Source of the DNA: an uncultured Ectothiorhodospiraceae bacterium
GTDB lineage: Bacteria; Pseudomonadota; Gammaproteobacteria; UBA9214
Assembly (NCBI GenBank): GCA_947258545.1
Contig: CAMYJI010000016.1
Location: 8,401-72,400 of the forward strand
Length of the DNA: 64,000 nt
Reading direction: 5' to 3'
Shown here one piece after another: positions 43,822 through 54,497 of the stretch. Below the pieces are notes generated by a model, which saw only the letters and a list, made by a program, of their open reading frames with translations, made no database searches and had not been told where the DNA came from. The translations under genes were made by a program, and so were the position numbers. The stretch's first letter is position 1. Each line of letters starts with the position of its first letter.

Positions 43822-44791
43822 ATTCGGCCACCGCACAGCCTTCGAACCCCACCCTGGAGACCGCCATTCTCGGCCTGGCCACGGCCTGGGTGAACATGTC
43901 TGGTTATGGATTCGCAAGCGTGAAGAAAATACCGAGCAGGTCGCCCGACAGCTGGCGCGTTGTGCCGGTGTGCGCGCCCGTGATGTCAGCTATGCCGGCC
44001 TGAAGGACCGCGTTGCCGTGACCGAGCAATGGTTCTCGGTGCACCTGCCCGGCAGGCACGCACCGGACTGGGAGGCGGTTGAAACGGACAGGGTCGCGGT
44101 GCTGCGGCATGTACGTCACAACCGCAAGCTGCGACGCGGTGCGCTCAGGGGCAATGCCTTTCGCATCGGGGTGCGGGACGTCAGCGGCGACACTGGCGAG
44201 TTGCAGCGCCGGCTGGAAACCGCCGCCTGCCACGGGGTGCCGAACTATTTTGGAGAACAGCGTTTCGGACGCGCTGGCAGCAACCTGCACACGGCCGACC
44301 GCCTGTTCGCACATCGCGGCCGACGCCTGTCCCGGCATCAGCGCGGGCTGGCGCTTTCTGCGGCCCGCGCCTACCTGTTCAATCAGGTGCTGGCAAAGCG
44401 TGTCCGTGGCGGCAGCTGGAACCAGGTGATGCCCGGTGACGCCCTGCAACTGGCCGGCAGTCACAGCTACTTTATTGCCACGTCAGCCGATGCGGAACTG
44501 CAGGCACGTGCCGATGCACTGGACCTGCACCCGACGGGTCCCCTGTGGGGCCGGGGTGACATCCCGGTGAGTGATGCCTGCAGGCAACTGGAGGAACAGG
44601 ATCTGGCAGCCTGCGGGTCATGGCAGCAGGGCCTGGCCGAGGCGGGGCTCCGGCAGGAACGCCGCGCCCTGCGCCTTGTGGTCGAGGATCTGCAGTGGTC
44701 GTGGCCGACGCCGGACAGCCTGGTTCTGGAATTCAGCCTGGCGGCGGGCTGTTATGCAACCAGCGTGTTGCGCGAGCTGGTCGCCCGCTAG
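43787..44791 (+). CDS. truD: tRNA pseudouridine(13) synthase TruD
   Basis: '[19 protein letters not shown]', catalytic-Asp block '[17 protein letters not shown]' and '[12 protein letters not shown]'. The start is uncertain: the first ATG overlaps ispF by 35 nt and the N-terminus is short and divergent. Confidence 0.88.
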   Translation: MPPLRSSCWKSEFGHRTAFEPHPGDRHSRPGHGLGEHVWLWIRKREENTEQVARQLARCAGVRARDVSYAGLKDRVAVTEQWFSVHLPGRHAPDWEAVETDRVAVLRHVRHNRKLRRGALRGNAFRIGVRDVSGDTGELQRRLETAACHGVPNYFGEQRFGRAGSNLHTADRLFAHRGRRLSRHQRGLALSAARAYLFNQVLAKRVRGGSWNQVMPGDALQLAGSHSYFIATSADAELQARADALDLHPTGPLWGRGDIPVSDACRQLEEQDLAACGSWQQGLAEAGLRQERRALRLVVEDLQWSWPTPDSLVLEFSLAAGCYATSVLRELVAR

Positions 44792-44912
44792 CCCGCTTTT
44801 CTCACCGGGATAGGTAATCCCCGATGACGGACTGTCTTGTTGCTGACACGCACTCTGTTCTTTACTTCAGTGCCTTATGTGTGACTTCCGCCGCCCGGTG
44901 AGAAATGCGGGC
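44791..44912. repeat. MITE-like repeat, family 2, copy 2
   Basis: Termini 'gcccgcttttctcaccggg' (44791-44809) and 'cccggtgagaaatgcgggc' (44894-44912) are inverted repeats with one mismatch. The interior matches the copy at 15206 and, more loosely, the one at 49553. Lies between the convergent truD and smr-gene stops. Confidence 0.7.
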
Positions 44913-44939
44913 TAGGCCGATCGGCGTTGTGGTTGCGGG

Positions 44940-45488
44940 TCAGCGGCGGCTGCGCAGCAGGACATGCACTGCGCCGGTGCCGCCATGTTCCGGCCGTGTT
45001 GAACTGAATGCCAGTACGTCCGGGTGTTGGCGCAGCCAGCTGTTCAGGCTGTTCTTCAGTACCGGCGCCTGTTCACGGGAACCATAGCCCTTGCCGTGGA
45101 TGATCCGCACACAGCGGATGCGCTGGTCACGCGATCGGGAGATAAAACGAATGACCTCGTTGTGTGCGACCGCCAGCGTCATGCCGTGCATGTCGAGTTC
45201 GGCCCCTACCGGGAGCTGGCCGCGGCGCAGGCGCTGCAGCAGGCGCAGCTGCAGACCGGGGCGCGCAAAGTAGAGTGTATCGGCGGCGCTGACCGGGTTG
45301 TCACGTGGCCAATCGGAAAATCCCGGGTCGTTGAGGTGCGCGCTGTCGTCTCTGGCAGGGCGTGGCCGTGGTGCGGGCTGCCCCCTGTGCGGCGGCGTTG
45401 TCTTATCACTGCCCAGCTTTCTGACGGGTCCGATACTGCGGCGGAACAGGTCGATATCTTCCTTGGATGGCTTCTTGGTGCCGGACAT
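44940..45488 (-). CDS. smrA: Smr-domain DNA endonuclease (SmrA/YdaL-like)
   Basis: The ATG at 45488 gives 'MSGTKKPSKEDIDLFRRSIGPVRKL'. C-terminal Smr domain 'LDMHGMTLAVAHNEV...IIHGKGYGS...HGGTGAVHVLL'. Confidence 0.8.
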   Translation of the reverse strand: MSGTKKPSKEDIDLFRRSIGPVRKLGSDKTTPPHRGQPAPRPRPARDDSAHLNDPGFSDWPRDNPVSAADTLYFARPGLQLRLLQRLRRGQLPVGAELDMHGMTLAVAHNEVIRFISRSRDQRIRCVRIIHGKGYGSREQAPVLKNSLNSWLRQHPDVLAFSSTRPEHGGTGAVHVLLRSRR

Positions 45489-45644
45489 GTCGGTTGTCAC
45501 TTCAGGCTTTGAGCAGTTGAACGGGAGGTGCCGCACACCGTAGCAGATCCGTACCGACATGCAAGCCGCAACAGTCACTGTTTTATGTTCTACTCCAGCT
45601 GTATATTACGATGCTGTCAATCCACGTGAGACGAAAATTCAGCA

Positions 45645-46391
45645 ATGCATATCCTGATCAGCAACGATGACGGCTATCAGTCGGCCGGCATCCGGATCCT
45701 GGCCGATACCCTGAGCGAGGTCGCGACTATCACCGTGGTGGCCCCGGACCGCGACCGGAGTGGCGCCAGCAATTCGCTGACGCTGGATAACCCGATACGC
45801 GCACGCCTGGCGGACAACGGTTTTACCTATGTGGACGGCACGCCGACCGATTGTGTGCACCTGGCCATTACCGGATTGCTGGACGAGGAGCCGGACATGG
45901 TGGTGGCGGGCATCAATGCGGGTGCCAACATGGGGGATGACGTCCTCTATTCAGGCACGGTCGCCGCGGCAATGGAAGGACGTTTCCTCGGTCTTCCGGC
46001 CATCGCCGTCTCGTTGGTCACGGAACGACCCACGCACTACGAAACCGCTGCCCGTGTCACCCTGGACCTGGTGCGGCGTCTGCTGTCCAACTCCCTGCCA
46101 GCTGATACAATTCTCAATGTGAATGTGCCGGACCTGCCACTGGACAAACTGGCCGGTATGCAGGCGACCCGGCTCGGGCACCGGCACAAGTCCGAGGCAG
46201 TGGTGCAGATGCATGACCCCAGGGGCCGACCCGTCTACTGGGTTGGGCCCGCTGGATCCGAACAGGATGCCGGTCCCGGCACGGACTTTCATGCGGTGCG
46301 CTCCGGCCATGTCTCGGTGACACCGCTGGATATTGACCTGACACGCTACGCGGCCCTGGAAGGGGTGAGCAGCTGGCTTGAAGACAGATAG
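45645..46391 (+). CDS. surE: 5'/3'-nucleotidase SurE
   Basis: '[16 protein letters not shown]' and '[24 protein letters not shown]'. Confidence 0.96.
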   Translation: MHILISNDDGYQSAGIRILADTLSEVATITVVAPDRDRSGASNSLTLDNPIRARLADNGFTYVDGTPTDCVHLAITGLLDEEPDMVVAGINAGANMGDDVLYSGTVAAAMEGRFLGLPAIAVSLVTERPTHYETAARVTLDLVRRLLSNSLPADTILNVNVPDLPLDKLAGMQATRLGHRHKSEAVVQMHDPRGRPVYWVGPAGSEQDAGPGTDFHAVRSGHVSVTPLDIDLTRYAALEGVSSWLEDR

Positions 46392-46505
46392 CGCCTGGAC
46401 GGACGCCCGGTTGTAATTCCAGTGTACCGGATAGTTTCCGACAGACTGAACACCACTCTTAGCGGGGGACGCTCTGAATTGAATTCGATAACACGTGGCA
46501 TCGGG

Positions 46506-47135
46506 ATGACATCCCAGCGCACCCGTGACCGGCTGGTCATGCGCCTGCGCGATGAAGGTATCGAGAACCAGGATGTCCTCGATGCGATCAGAAACACACC
46601 CCGGCATCTGTTCGTGGACGAGGCACTGGCGAGCCGGGCCTATGAGGACACGGCACTCCCGATCGGTTACAACCAGACGATCTCCCAGCCCTATATCGTC
46701 GCCGCCATGACGGAACTGGTGATCGAAAACCGGCCGGACAAGGTTCTGGAGGTCGGCACCGGTTCGGGCTACCAGGCCGCTGTCCTCTCCAGCCTGGTTG
46801 ACAAGATCTACACGGTGGAAAGGATCGAGCCCCTGCTGACCCTGGCGCGTCAACGTTTCCGGCGGTTGGGCCTGAGGAATATCCGTGCGGTGCACAGCGA
46901 TGGTACGGTCGGCTGGCCGGACTTTGCGCCCTATGATGCCATTATCGTGACCGCTGCATCCGAGAACATTCCCGATGCCTTGCTGCAACAGCTGGCCCCG
47001 AACGGGCGACTGATCATCCCTGTCGGCCAGCGTGACCAGCAGCGATTGACCGTGATCACCCGCAACGATGATGTGTTTGAGCAGGAGGACCTTGACCCGG
47101 TTACCTTTGTGCCGTTGCTCAAGGGCCACGCCTGA
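46506..47135 (+). CDS. pcm: Protein-L-isoaspartate O-methyltransferase
   Basis: The ATG at 46506 gives '[11 protein letters not shown]'. '[11 protein letters not shown]' and the SAM motif '[16 protein letters not shown]'. Confidence 0.95.
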   Translation: MTSQRTRDRLVMRLRDEGIENQDVLDAIRNTPRHLFVDEALASRAYEDTALPIGYNQTISQPYIVAAMTELVIENRPDKVLEVGTGSGYQAAVLSSLVDKIYTVERIEPLLTLARQRFRRLGLRNIRAVHSDGTVGWPDFAPYDAIIVTAASENIPDALLQQLAPNGRLIIPVGQRDQQRLTVITRNDDVFEQEDLDPVTFVPLLKGHA

Positions 47136-47713
47136 TGCCGCTTTTTGTATCGCTTTACGATCGCTGCATGGTGCTGGCGCGGCATCGGCACGCCGCCCGC
47201 TACCTGGCCGGTTTGAGCTTCGCTGAATCGTCCTTCTTCCCGGTCCCGCCGGATATCATGCTGGCACCCATGAGCATGGCCAGGCCGGAACGCGCCATGG
47301 CCTACGCACTCCTGACCACGCTGGCCTCGGTGCTGGGCGGCCTGTTCGGCTACCTGCTGGGTTATTTTGCCTTCGATCTTGTCGAGCCATGGGTGCACAA
47401 GTCGGGCCATTGGGACGACTATCAGCATGTGCGCAGCTGGTTCGACACCTGGGGCTTCTGGGCCATCCTGGTCGCGGGATTCTCGCCAATCCCCTACAAG
47501 GTCTTCACCATTGCGGCCGGTACGCTTTCCATGAGTATCCCGCTGTTTATCGCGGGGTCCGTGATCGGCCGGGGCGGGCGTTTCTTTCTGGTGTCCGGTC
47601 TGCTTGCCTGGGGTGGGCCGAAGATGGAGGCGGCGCTGAGGACCTACGTTGAACGTATCGGCTGGTTGCTGGTCTTACTGGCAGTGATTGCCTACCTGTA
47701 TTTTCGTGGCTGA
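47135..47713 (+). CDS. YqaA/DedA-related (SNARE-associated) inner-membrane protein
   Basis: 'LAGLSFAESSFFPVPPDIML' and 'GFSPIPYKVFTIAAG'. Both ends overlap their neighbours' codons (TGATG at 47133-47137 and at 47711-47715). Confidence 0.8.
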   Translation: MPLFVSLYDRCMVLARHRHAARYLAGLSFAESSFFPVPPDIMLAPMSMARPERAMAYALLTTLASVLGGLFGYLLGYFAFDLVEPWVHKSGHWDDYQHVRSWFDTWGFWAILVAGFSPIPYKVFTIAAGTLSMSIPLFIAGSVIGRGGRFFLVSGLLAWGGPKMEAALRTYVERIGWLLVLLAVIAYLYFRG

Positions 47714-48501
47714 TGGGTGCAGTGCTGCGTTTATTCTGTATATGTCTGCTGGGATTGTCGATCGTGGCCTGCAGTTCGCAGCCTGTCAATGCGCCGGTCG
47801 GGACACGCGGGACACAGGAAACCACAAAACCGGCCCCGGTAAAAAGACGGCCTGCCAGGTCGACCTCTGGCTATTACACCGTCAGGCACAGTGACACGCT
47901 GTACTCAATCGCCTGGCAACACGGGCTGAATTACCGCGAGCTGGCCTCCCTGAACGGCATCCGTTCCCCCTATACCATCTATGTCGGTCAGCGGCTGCGC
48001 GTACGTCCGGTCACAACTAAGGCGCCAGCAGGCAAGCCTGCGCCACCGGAATCCGGGCCGGTTGCAAAACCGTCACCGACACGGCCGACGCAGCCGGTAC
48101 AAGCCGCAAAAAAGTCCTTGCCGGTGGTTGTCAGAAAGTGGGTCTGGCCTGCACACGGCAAGTTGTTGCGCGGTTTTCAACTGGACGCACCCGGAAAAAA
48201 GGGCATCGATATCGGTGGCCGGAGCGGGCAGCCGGTCATGGCCGCGGCAGAGGGCAAGGTGGTCTACACCGGGAGTGGACTTGTAGGGTATGGTCGTCTT
48301 ATCATCATCAAACACAATGACAGTTTGCTGAGTGCCTACGGACACAACAGTAAATTACTTGTTACGGAAGGTGAACGGGTCAAGGCGGGACAGGTGATTG
48401 CCAACATGGGCAGTAGCGGAACCGTTGGTACCCGCTTGTATTTCGAAATTCGCAAGGATGGCAAGCCGGTTAATCCCCTGCGCTATTTGCCGAAAGGCTG
48501 A
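47713..48501 (+). CDS. nlpD: Murein hydrolase activator NlpD (LysM + M23 lipoprotein)
   Basis: Lipobox 'LGLSIVAC', LysM 'YTVRHSDTLYSIAWQHG' and M23 'GQPVMAAAEGKVVYTG...IIIKHNDSLLSAYGHN'. Confidence 0.9.
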   Translation: MGAVLRLFCICLLGLSIVACSSQPVNAPVGTRGTQETTKPAPVKRRPARSTSGYYTVRHSDTLYSIAWQHGLNYRELASLNGIRSPYTIYVGQRLRVRPVTTKAPAGKPAPPESGPVAKPSPTRPTQPVQAAKKSLPVVVRKWVWPAHGKLLRGFQLDAPGKKGIDIGGRSGQPVMAAAEGKVVYTGSGLVGYGRLIIIKHNDSLLSAYGHNSKLLVTEGERVKAGQVIANMGSSGTVGTRLYFEIRKDGKPVNPLRYLPKG

Positions 48502-48578
48502 CTGCATCTCCTTGCCTTGTCCGCGTGTCATGGCCGGGCTAACCTGGCACTGGGTCAGGAATACCGGCGGAGTGGTCA

Positions 48579-49535
48579 GTGGCTAAACAACGCAAGGATT
48601 CAGACGGAACGGACCAGTCTTCCACCAAGGAAGGCAAGTCCGCTGGTGCCGGGGACGAGAAAGCTACGAAGCCTGGTCGCAGCACTGCGTTGGCAAACCC
48701 CTCAGACCACGATCCCACGCGACTCTATCTCAGCGAGATTGGTGCCTCACCGCTGTTGACGGCAGAGGAGGAGGTGTTCTACTCGCGCAAGGCCCAGCGA
48801 GGCGACGAAAGCGCACGTCAGCGCATGATCGAGAGCAACCTGCGGCTGGTGGTCAAGATAGCCCGGCGGTACATGAACCGCGGTCTGGCGTTTCTCGATC
48901 TCATCGAAGAAGGCAACCTGGGGCTGATACGGGCGGTAGAGAAATTCGACCCTGAAAGGGGATTTCGTTTTTCAACCTACGCGACCTGGTGGATCCGGCA
49001 GACCATCGAGCGTGCCATCATGAACCAGACGCGCACCATTCGTCTGCCCATTCATGTCGTCAAGGAAATCAATGTCTACCTGAGGGTGGCGCGCAAGCTG
49101 ACCCAGGAGCTTGATCACGAACCGAGTGCGGATGAGATTGCCAACCTGCTGGACAAGCCGATCGAGGATGTGCAGCGCATGCTGGGGCTGAACGAGCGCA
49201 CGGCATCGACCGACACCAGCATCATGAACGAATCCGGCAAGACCCTGCTGGATACTATCGTCGACGAAAACTCGCCGGACCCGACCGAAACCCTGCAGGA
49301 CGATGATATTCACGCGAACCTGGAGGAGTGGCTGGGACAGTTGAATGACAAGCAACGCGAGGTGGTGGAACGCCGATTCGGTCTGCACGGCCATTCGGTT
49401 TCGACCCTGGAGGAGGTTGGACGCGAAATCGGGGTTACCCGTGAGCGGGTGCGCCAGATCCAGATGGATGCCCTGAAGCGGCTGAGGAGGATTCTCGAGA
49501 GCGAGGGCTTCTCGGTCGATGCCCTGCTGAAATAG
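48579..49535 (+). CDS. rpoS: RNA polymerase sigma factor RpoS
   Basis: GTG start. Region 2 '[34 protein letters not shown]' and region 4 '[18 protein letters not shown]'. Directly downstream of nlpD. Confidence 0.93.
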   Translation: MAKQRKDSDGTDQSSTKEGKSAGAGDEKATKPGRSTALANPSDHDPTRLYLSEIGASPLLTAEEEVFYSRKAQRGDESARQRMIESNLRLVVKIARRYMNRGLAFLDLIEEGNLGLIRAVEKFDPERGFRFSTYATWWIRQTIERAIMNQTRTIRLPIHVVKEINVYLRVARKLTQELDHEPSADEIANLLDKPIEDVQRMLGLNERTASTDTSIMNESGKTLLDTIVDENSPDPTETLQDDDIHANLEEWLGQLNDKQREVVERRFGLHGHSVSTLEEVGREIGVTRERVRQIQMDALKRLRRILESEGFSVDALLK

Positions 49536-49552
49536 CCCGCCAGCTGGTCCGG

Positions 49553-49667
49553 TACGTATTTTTCACCGGAATAGGCAACTCCCGGAAGCACACTGTTTAT
49601 TCATGATCTATCCTCTGTTTATTTCCTCAGTCACCTGCATGGCTTGCCGCCTTGTAAGAAATACGGA
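49553..49667. repeat. MITE-like repeat, family 2, copy 3 (divergent)
   Basis: 'acgtatttttcaccggaataggcaactcccgg...ctctgtttatttcctcagt...ccttgtaagaaatacgg' aligns with the copies at 15206 and 44791. Lies between the convergent rpoS and Mth938-like stops. Confidence 0.55.
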
Positions 49668-50036
49668 TTAGGCCATCAACAGGGCGGCCACCACCCGGCG
49701 TCCTTCCGAGATCAGGATATTGAAGGTGCGGCACGCCGCTGCCGTATCCATTATCTCCACCCCGATGCCCTGTATCAGAAATCCGGCCGTGTATTCAGGG
49801 GGTGGAAAGCGTGACTTGGCGCCGGTGCCGAGGACGATGATCTCCGGCTCGAGCTCGGCCAGCCGGGCCACATGCCGTTTCTCGAGGCCGGCAAAGCTAT
49901 CCGGCAACCACTCCCGGATGATCCTGTCCGGTGTCACAATCACGCTGGAGACGATGACCTGGTCGTTGACCGTGATCTGACCTTGGGCGTAGGCACGGAT
50001 GCTGTTGCCTTCATTGCTGTCCTGGGCAAAACGCAT
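49668..50036 (-). CDS. Mth938-like (DUF498) domain protein
   Basis: The internal ATG at 50036 gives 'MRFAQDSNEGNSIRAYAQGQITVND' and '...EIIVLGTGAKSRFPPP...GIGVEIMDTAAACRTFNIL', typical of this small family. Function unknown. Confidence 0.7.
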   Translation of the reverse strand: MRFAQDSNEGNSIRAYAQGQITVNDQVIVSSVIVTPDRIIREWLPDSFAGLEKRHVARLAELEPEIIVLGTGAKSRFPPPEYTAGFLIQGIGVEIMDTAAACRTFNILISEGRRVVAALLMA

Positions 50037-50219
50037 GGCTGCTACGATACGGGGCCTGCCGGCACTGAACAAGCCGTTAAATGCAGGCCCTCCCGGTTTG
50101 CCGGAAGGGCGTTCCAGGTATCCATACCCCTTGTTTCCCAAGACGCTTTTCAGTAACGTTAGCTGTCTAGGCGTGCTGCTGGAACAGCTTCAAAATCAAA
50201 AGACTACAGGTTAACCCCC

Positions 50220-51425
50220 GTGATCGAGGAATTCTCCCGAATAGAACGTCTGCCACCGTACGTCTTCAACATCGTCAATGAGTTGAAGGCGACGGCGCGT
50301 GCGCGCGGTGAGGACATCATTGATTTCGGTATGGGGAATCCTGATCAGCCCACGCCACAGCACATCGTCGACAAACTGGTCGAAGCGGCGCAGCGCAGCG
50401 ATACCCACCGTTATTCACTTTCCAGGGGGATCCCGCGGCTGCGCAAGGCGATCTGTGACTGGTACGGGCGGCGTTACGATGTCGACCTCGACTATGACCG
50501 GCATGCCATTGTTACCATCGGTTCCAAGGAGGGGCTGGCACACCTGGCGCTGGCCACCGTGGGTCCGGGTGATGCCGTACTGGTCCCGAACCCGGCCTAT
50601 CCCATCCATCCCTACGGGATCGCCATCGCCGGGGCGGATATCCGCCACGTGCCGCTGCGACCGGGCGTTGATTTCTTTGCCGAGCTGGAGAAAGCCATCC
50701 AGGACTCCTGGCCACGGCCCAAGATGCTCATTCTCAACTTTCCCGGCAACCCGACAACCCAGTGCGTCGATCTGGAGTTCTTCGAGAAGGTGGTCGACAT
50801 TGCGCGGGAGAACGAAATATGGGTGGTGCAGGACCTGGCCTATGCCGACCTGGTGTACGACGGTTACAAGGCCCCGTCCATCCTGCAGGTGGACGGGGCC
50901 ATGGATGTCGCGGTCGAGTTCTTCTCGCTTTCCAAGAGCTATAATATGCCTGGCTGGCGCGTCGGCTTCATGTGCGGCAACGAAACCCTGGTGGCAGCAC
51001 TGGCGCGCATCAAGTCCTATCTGGACTATGGCATGTTCACGCCCATCCAGGTTGCGGCGATCACCGCGCTGGACGGCCCGCAGGATTGCGTCCGGGAGAT
51101 CGCCGGGAATTACCGCGCCCGTCGCGATGTACTGTGCGAGGGGCTGAACTCCCTCGGTTGGCCCGTGGAAAAACCCAGGGCAACCATGTTCGTGTGGGCG
51201 CCTATCCCGGAACCGTACCGGGAAATGGGTTCGCTTGAGTTTTCCAAGAAGCTGCTGGTGGATGCCCGGGTGGCCGTGTCACCAGGGATCGGCTTCGGTT
51301 CATACGGCGATGATCACGTGCGATTCAGTCTTATCGAGAACAAACACCGTACACGTCAGGCAATCCGCGGTATCCGCGATATGTTCCGCAAGGACCTCGG
51401 CCTGGCGCACGCCTCGGGAGGTTAA
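50220..51425 (+). CDS. alaC: Alanine-synthesising aminotransferase (AlaC/YfdZ type, class I/II PLP)
   Basis: GTG start. Strongly colinear with E. coli AlaC as I recall it: '[30 protein letters not shown]' and '[20 protein letters not shown]'. Confidence 0.88.
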   Translation: MIEEFSRIERLPPYVFNIVNELKATARARGEDIIDFGMGNPDQPTPQHIVDKLVEAAQRSDTHRYSLSRGIPRLRKAICDWYGRRYDVDLDYDRHAIVTIGSKEGLAHLALATVGPGDAVLVPNPAYPIHPYGIAIAGADIRHVPLRPGVDFFAELEKAIQDSWPRPKMLILNFPGNPTTQCVDLEFFEKVVDIARENEIWVVQDLAYADLVYDGYKAPSILQVDGAMDVAVEFFSLSKSYNMPGWRVGFMCGNETLVAALARIKSYLDYGMFTPIQVAAITALDGPQDCVREIAGNYRARRDVLCEGLNSLGWPVEKPRATMFVWAPIPEPYREMGSLEFSKKLLVDARVAVSPGIGFGSYGDDHVRFSLIENKHRTRQAIRGIRDMFRKDLGLAHASGG

Positions 51426-51430
51426 ATCAG

Positions 51431-52747
51431 TTGAATCCGGTAAATGTTGGCCTGCTGGGTCTGGGCACTGTGGGCGGGGGTACCTTTAACGTACTCAACC
51501 GCAATGCCGAGGAAATTGTCCGTCGTGCCGGGCGCGGTATTCAAATTACCCAGGCCGCGGCACGCGCCTATGACCCGGCGGCACTGCCCGGGATAGAGTC
51601 GATAGATGTCACCGATGATGCCTTTGCCGTCGTGGACAACCCCGATATTGATATCATTATCGAGCTGATCGGTGGTTACGAGCCGGCACGTGAACTGGTG
51701 CTCAAGGCCATCGCCAACGGCAAGCACGTGGTTACGGCCAACAAGGCACTCATCGCCATGCACGGCAACGAGATCTTTGCAGCGGCCCAGCAGAAGGGTG
51801 TCATGGTGGCCTTCGAGGCCGCGGTCGCCGGCGGTATCCCGATCATCAAGGCACTGCGCGAGGGCCTGGCCGCCAACAAGATCGAGTGGCTGGCCGGGAT
51901 CATCAACGGCACCGGCAACTTCATCCTGACCGAGATGCGCGACAAGGGCCGTGACTTCGTGGACGTGCTGAATGAGGCGCAGCGACTGGGTTACGCCGAG
52001 GCCGATCCGACCTTTGATATCGAGGGTGTCGATGCGGCGCACAAGCTGACCATCCTGGCCTCGATCGCCTTCGGCGTCCCGTTGCAGTTCGACAAGGTCT
52101 ATACCGAAGGCATCAGCCATATAACCCGCGAGGATGTCGGTTATGCCGCCGATTTCGGCTACCGGATCAAGCACCTCGGTCTCACCCGGCGTACCGCCAG
52201 GGGTATCGAGCTGCGGGTGCATCCCACGCTGATACCCGAACGCCGCCTGATCGCCAACGTCGATGGCGTCATGAATGCCGTGCTGGTGAAGGCTGATGCC
52301 GTGGGGCCAACGCTGTATTACGGTGCCGGAGCGGGATCGGAACCAACGGCATCCGCTGTGGTTGCCGATGTGATCGACGTGGTACGTACCCTGACGGCCG
52401 ATCCCGAAAACCGCGTTCCGCACCTGGCATTCCAGCCGCACGCCCTGTCCGATGTGCCGATACTGCCGATGGATGACGTGGTGACGGCGTATTATCTGCG
52501 TCTGCTGGCAACCGACAAGCCGGGCGTGCTCTCCGACGTGACCACCATTCTGGGCAAGCGGGGCATCAGTATCGAGGCGATCCTGCAGAAGGAACCAGCC
52601 GCCGGTGTGGCCGAGGTGCCGATCATCATCCTGACCCATTCGGTCCAGGAACGGCAGATGAATGATGCCATCCGGCAGATCGAGGCACTGACAAGCATAC
52701 ACGGCACGGTCACTCGCATTCGTCTGGAACACCTCGACTGCGACTGA
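51431..52747 (+). CDS. hom: Homoserine dehydrogenase
   Basis: TTG start. '[14 protein letters not shown]'. C-terminal ACT domain '[23 protein letters not shown]'. Confidence 0.95.
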   Translation: MNPVNVGLLGLGTVGGGTFNVLNRNAEEIVRRAGRGIQITQAAARAYDPAALPGIESIDVTDDAFAVVDNPDIDIIIELIGGYEPARELVLKAIANGKHVVTANKALIAMHGNEIFAAAQQKGVMVAFEAAVAGGIPIIKALREGLAANKIEWLAGIINGTGNFILTEMRDKGRDFVDVLNEAQRLGYAEADPTFDIEGVDAAHKLTILASIAFGVPLQFDKVYTEGISHITREDVGYAADFGYRIKHLGLTRRTARGIELRVHPTLIPERRLIANVDGVMNAVLVKADAVGPTLYYGAGAGSEPTASAVVADVIDVVRTLTADPENRVPHLAFQPHALSDVPILPMDDVVTAYYLRLLATDKPGVLSDVTTILGKRGISIEAILQKEPAAGVAEVPIIILTHSVQERQMNDAIRQIEALTSIHGTVTRIRLEHLDCD

Positions 52748-52793
52748 CGAACTATTTTTTTGTTACGCGCTGCACGTCAGCGAGGAATATTGC

Positions 52794-53939
52794 ATGTCTA
52801 CAGGATCCCGCTATACCGGATTGATCGAACACTACCGCGACCGTCTGCCGGTCTCTGCGGACACCCGTATCATCAGTCTGGGTGAAGGTAATACGCCGCT
52901 GGTGCGGCTGGAAAACATCCCGCCTGAAATCGGCAGGGATGTCGAACTGTATATCAAGTACGAGGGCCTGAACCCAACCGGTTCGTTCAAGGACCGTGGT
53001 ATGACCATGGCGGTGACCCGTGCGTTTGAGGAGGGCAGCCGTGCCGTGCTGTGTGCCTCCACGGGCAATACCTCGGCCGCGGCGGCCGCCTATGCCGCGC
53101 GTGCCGGCATCACGGCATTCGTCATCATCCCCGAGGGCAAGATCGCCCTCGGCAAGCTGGCGCAGGCCATGATCCACGGTGCCGTGGTGCTGCAGATCCG
53201 GGGCAATTTCGATGCCGGTATGCGGCTGGTCAAGGAGGTCGCCACCGAGGCACCGGTGACCATCGTCAACTCCATCAACCCCTATCGTCTGCAGGGCCAG
53301 AAGACCGCCGCCTTCGAGATCGTCGACGAACTCGGGCGTGCGCCGGACTACCATTGCCTGCCGGTGGGTAATGCCGGCAATATCACGGCCCACTGGATCG
53401 GCTATTGTGAATACGCCCATCACGGTGATGGCGAGGTCACGGCCGCGTGTGCCTTGTGCGAAGGGCAGTCCTGTGCCTGGAGGGGCAGGGGCGTGACCGA
53501 CTCGCGCCCGGTCATGGTCGGCTACCAGGCCACCGGTGCGGCCCCGTTCATGCGCGGCGCCATGGTGGATCACCCCGAAACGGTTGCCACGGCGATCCGT
53601 ATCGGCCACCCGCAGTCCTGGGACAAGGCCTGGAAGGTCAAGGAGGAGTCCGGCGGCTGGTTCGATGAATGTTCCGATGAGGAAATCCTGGCGGCGCAGA
53701 AGCTGCTCACCTCGCGCGAGGGGATCTTTTGCGAGCCTGCCTCTGCGACCTCGGTCGCGGGCGCCTTGCGCGATATCAAGGCCGGCAGGATCCCGGAAGG
53801 CAGCACCGTGGTGTGCACCCTGACCGGTCATGGTCTCAAGGACCCGGACACGGCCATCAAACAGTGCGAGGGCGCGCTGCAGACCGTCGATGCCGAGCTC
53901 GGTGCCGTCAAGGACGCCATCCTGAAACACCTGGCATGA
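52794..53939 (+). CDS. thrC: Threonine synthase (short type)
   Basis: PLP-lysine block '[12 protein letters not shown]' and '[15 protein letters not shown]'. 381 aa. Contains an extra Cys-bearing segment (see findings). Confidence 0.95.
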   Translation: MSTGSRYTGLIEHYRDRLPVSADTRIISLGEGNTPLVRLENIPPEIGRDVELYIKYEGLNPTGSFKDRGMTMAVTRAFEEGSRAVLCASTGNTSAAAAAYAARAGITAFVIIPEGKIALGKLAQAMIHGAVVLQIRGNFDAGMRLVKEVATEAPVTIVNSINPYRLQGQKTAAFEIVDELGRAPDYHCLPVGNAGNITAHWIGYCEYAHHGDGEVTAACALCEGQSCAWRGRGVTDSRPVMVGYQATGAAPFMRGAMVDHPETVATAIRIGHPQSWDKAWKVKEESGGWFDECSDEEILAAQKLLTSREGIFCEPASATSVAGALRDIKAGRIPEGSTVVCTLTGHGLKDPDTAIKQCEGALQTVDAELGAVKDAILKHLA

Positions 53940-54275
53940 ATAAGGTGGCATGTTGACCGCCGAGACGCCGAGATAACAAGTTTACAAAAACATAAAAAAC
54001 AACTCACCGCAAAGACGCAAGGGACGCAAAGAAACGTAAAGCAAATATTCAACGTAAAAACCTATGGTGATTCAACTTGTAGGTTGATGGGCAAAGCGCA
54101 GCTTGCCCAACTTTCAGTTTGATGTTGGGCACGTCGCTGACGCTCCTTTGCCCAACCTACGCGCTGAAACACCTGGCATGACTGAAACAGCGAGTTGACC
54201 GCTGAGACGCCGAGGTTGCAGAGATGACAATCTTATAAAACAACTCACCGCAAAGGCGCAAAGAACGCAAAGTAG
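53922..54275. repeat. Tandem duplication (period 242 bp) that includes the last 18 nt of thrC
   Basis: 'ctgaaacacctggcatga' occurs at 53922-53939 (thrC end plus stop) and again at 54164-54181. Homology continues in both copies: 'ttgaccgc(c/t)gagacgccgag...' and '...aaaacaactcaccgcaaag(a/g)cgcaa..gcaaag', ending near 54033 and 54275. Confidence 0.8.
54079..54160. repeat. REP/BIME-like palindromic element (two inverted hairpin units)
   Basis: 'gtaggttgatgggcaaagcgcagcttgcccaac' and the inverted 'gttgggcacgtcgctgacgctcctttgcccaacctac'. Same GTAG...CTAC architecture as the element at 1806-1889. Confidence 0.7.
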
Positions 54276-54389
54276 AAAAATGCAGTTGGGTGTGCGGATA
54301 AGATATTCGTTTTTAGCAAGGCTAATAATATTCGAGGTTTTCGAAATAATTATTTCTTTTCTCTGCGTCCTTTGCGCCTTTGCGGTGAG
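54244..54389. repeat. MITE-like repeat, family 1, copy C (a solo left arm also lies at 54003-54031)
   Basis: Arms 'ctcaccgcaaaggcgcaaagaacgcaaag' (54244-54272) and 'ctctgcgtcctttgcgcctttgcggtgag' (54361-54389) around an AT-rich core. Confidence 0.75.
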
Positions 54390-54497
54390 ATAGGGTTTTC
54401 TCTGTTTGCTGTATATCCCTGGACAGTCTGAGATCATAACCACCCGCATTTCAGTGTGCCATTGACTGAATCTGTGTAACTCTAGTGACCAATTATC

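Noticed and set aside
43787-43890. TruD N-terminus looked truncated or frameshifted. The usual 'PEDF.V.E' block is missing and the start overlaps ispF.
   Set aside because: The other two frames contain nothing TruD-like. By eye, 'SEF...AFEP...GEH' can be aligned with the 'EDF.V.E..GFEP.G.GEH' consensus. It is probably an intact but divergent N-terminus, and only the start codon is uncertain.
53950-54400. Possible CRISPR array, because the short 'cgcaaag'-type motifs recur.
   Set aside because: The repeats occur as inverted arms, not as direct repeats with regular spacers. Copies are scattered at four separate loci. No cas genes are present.
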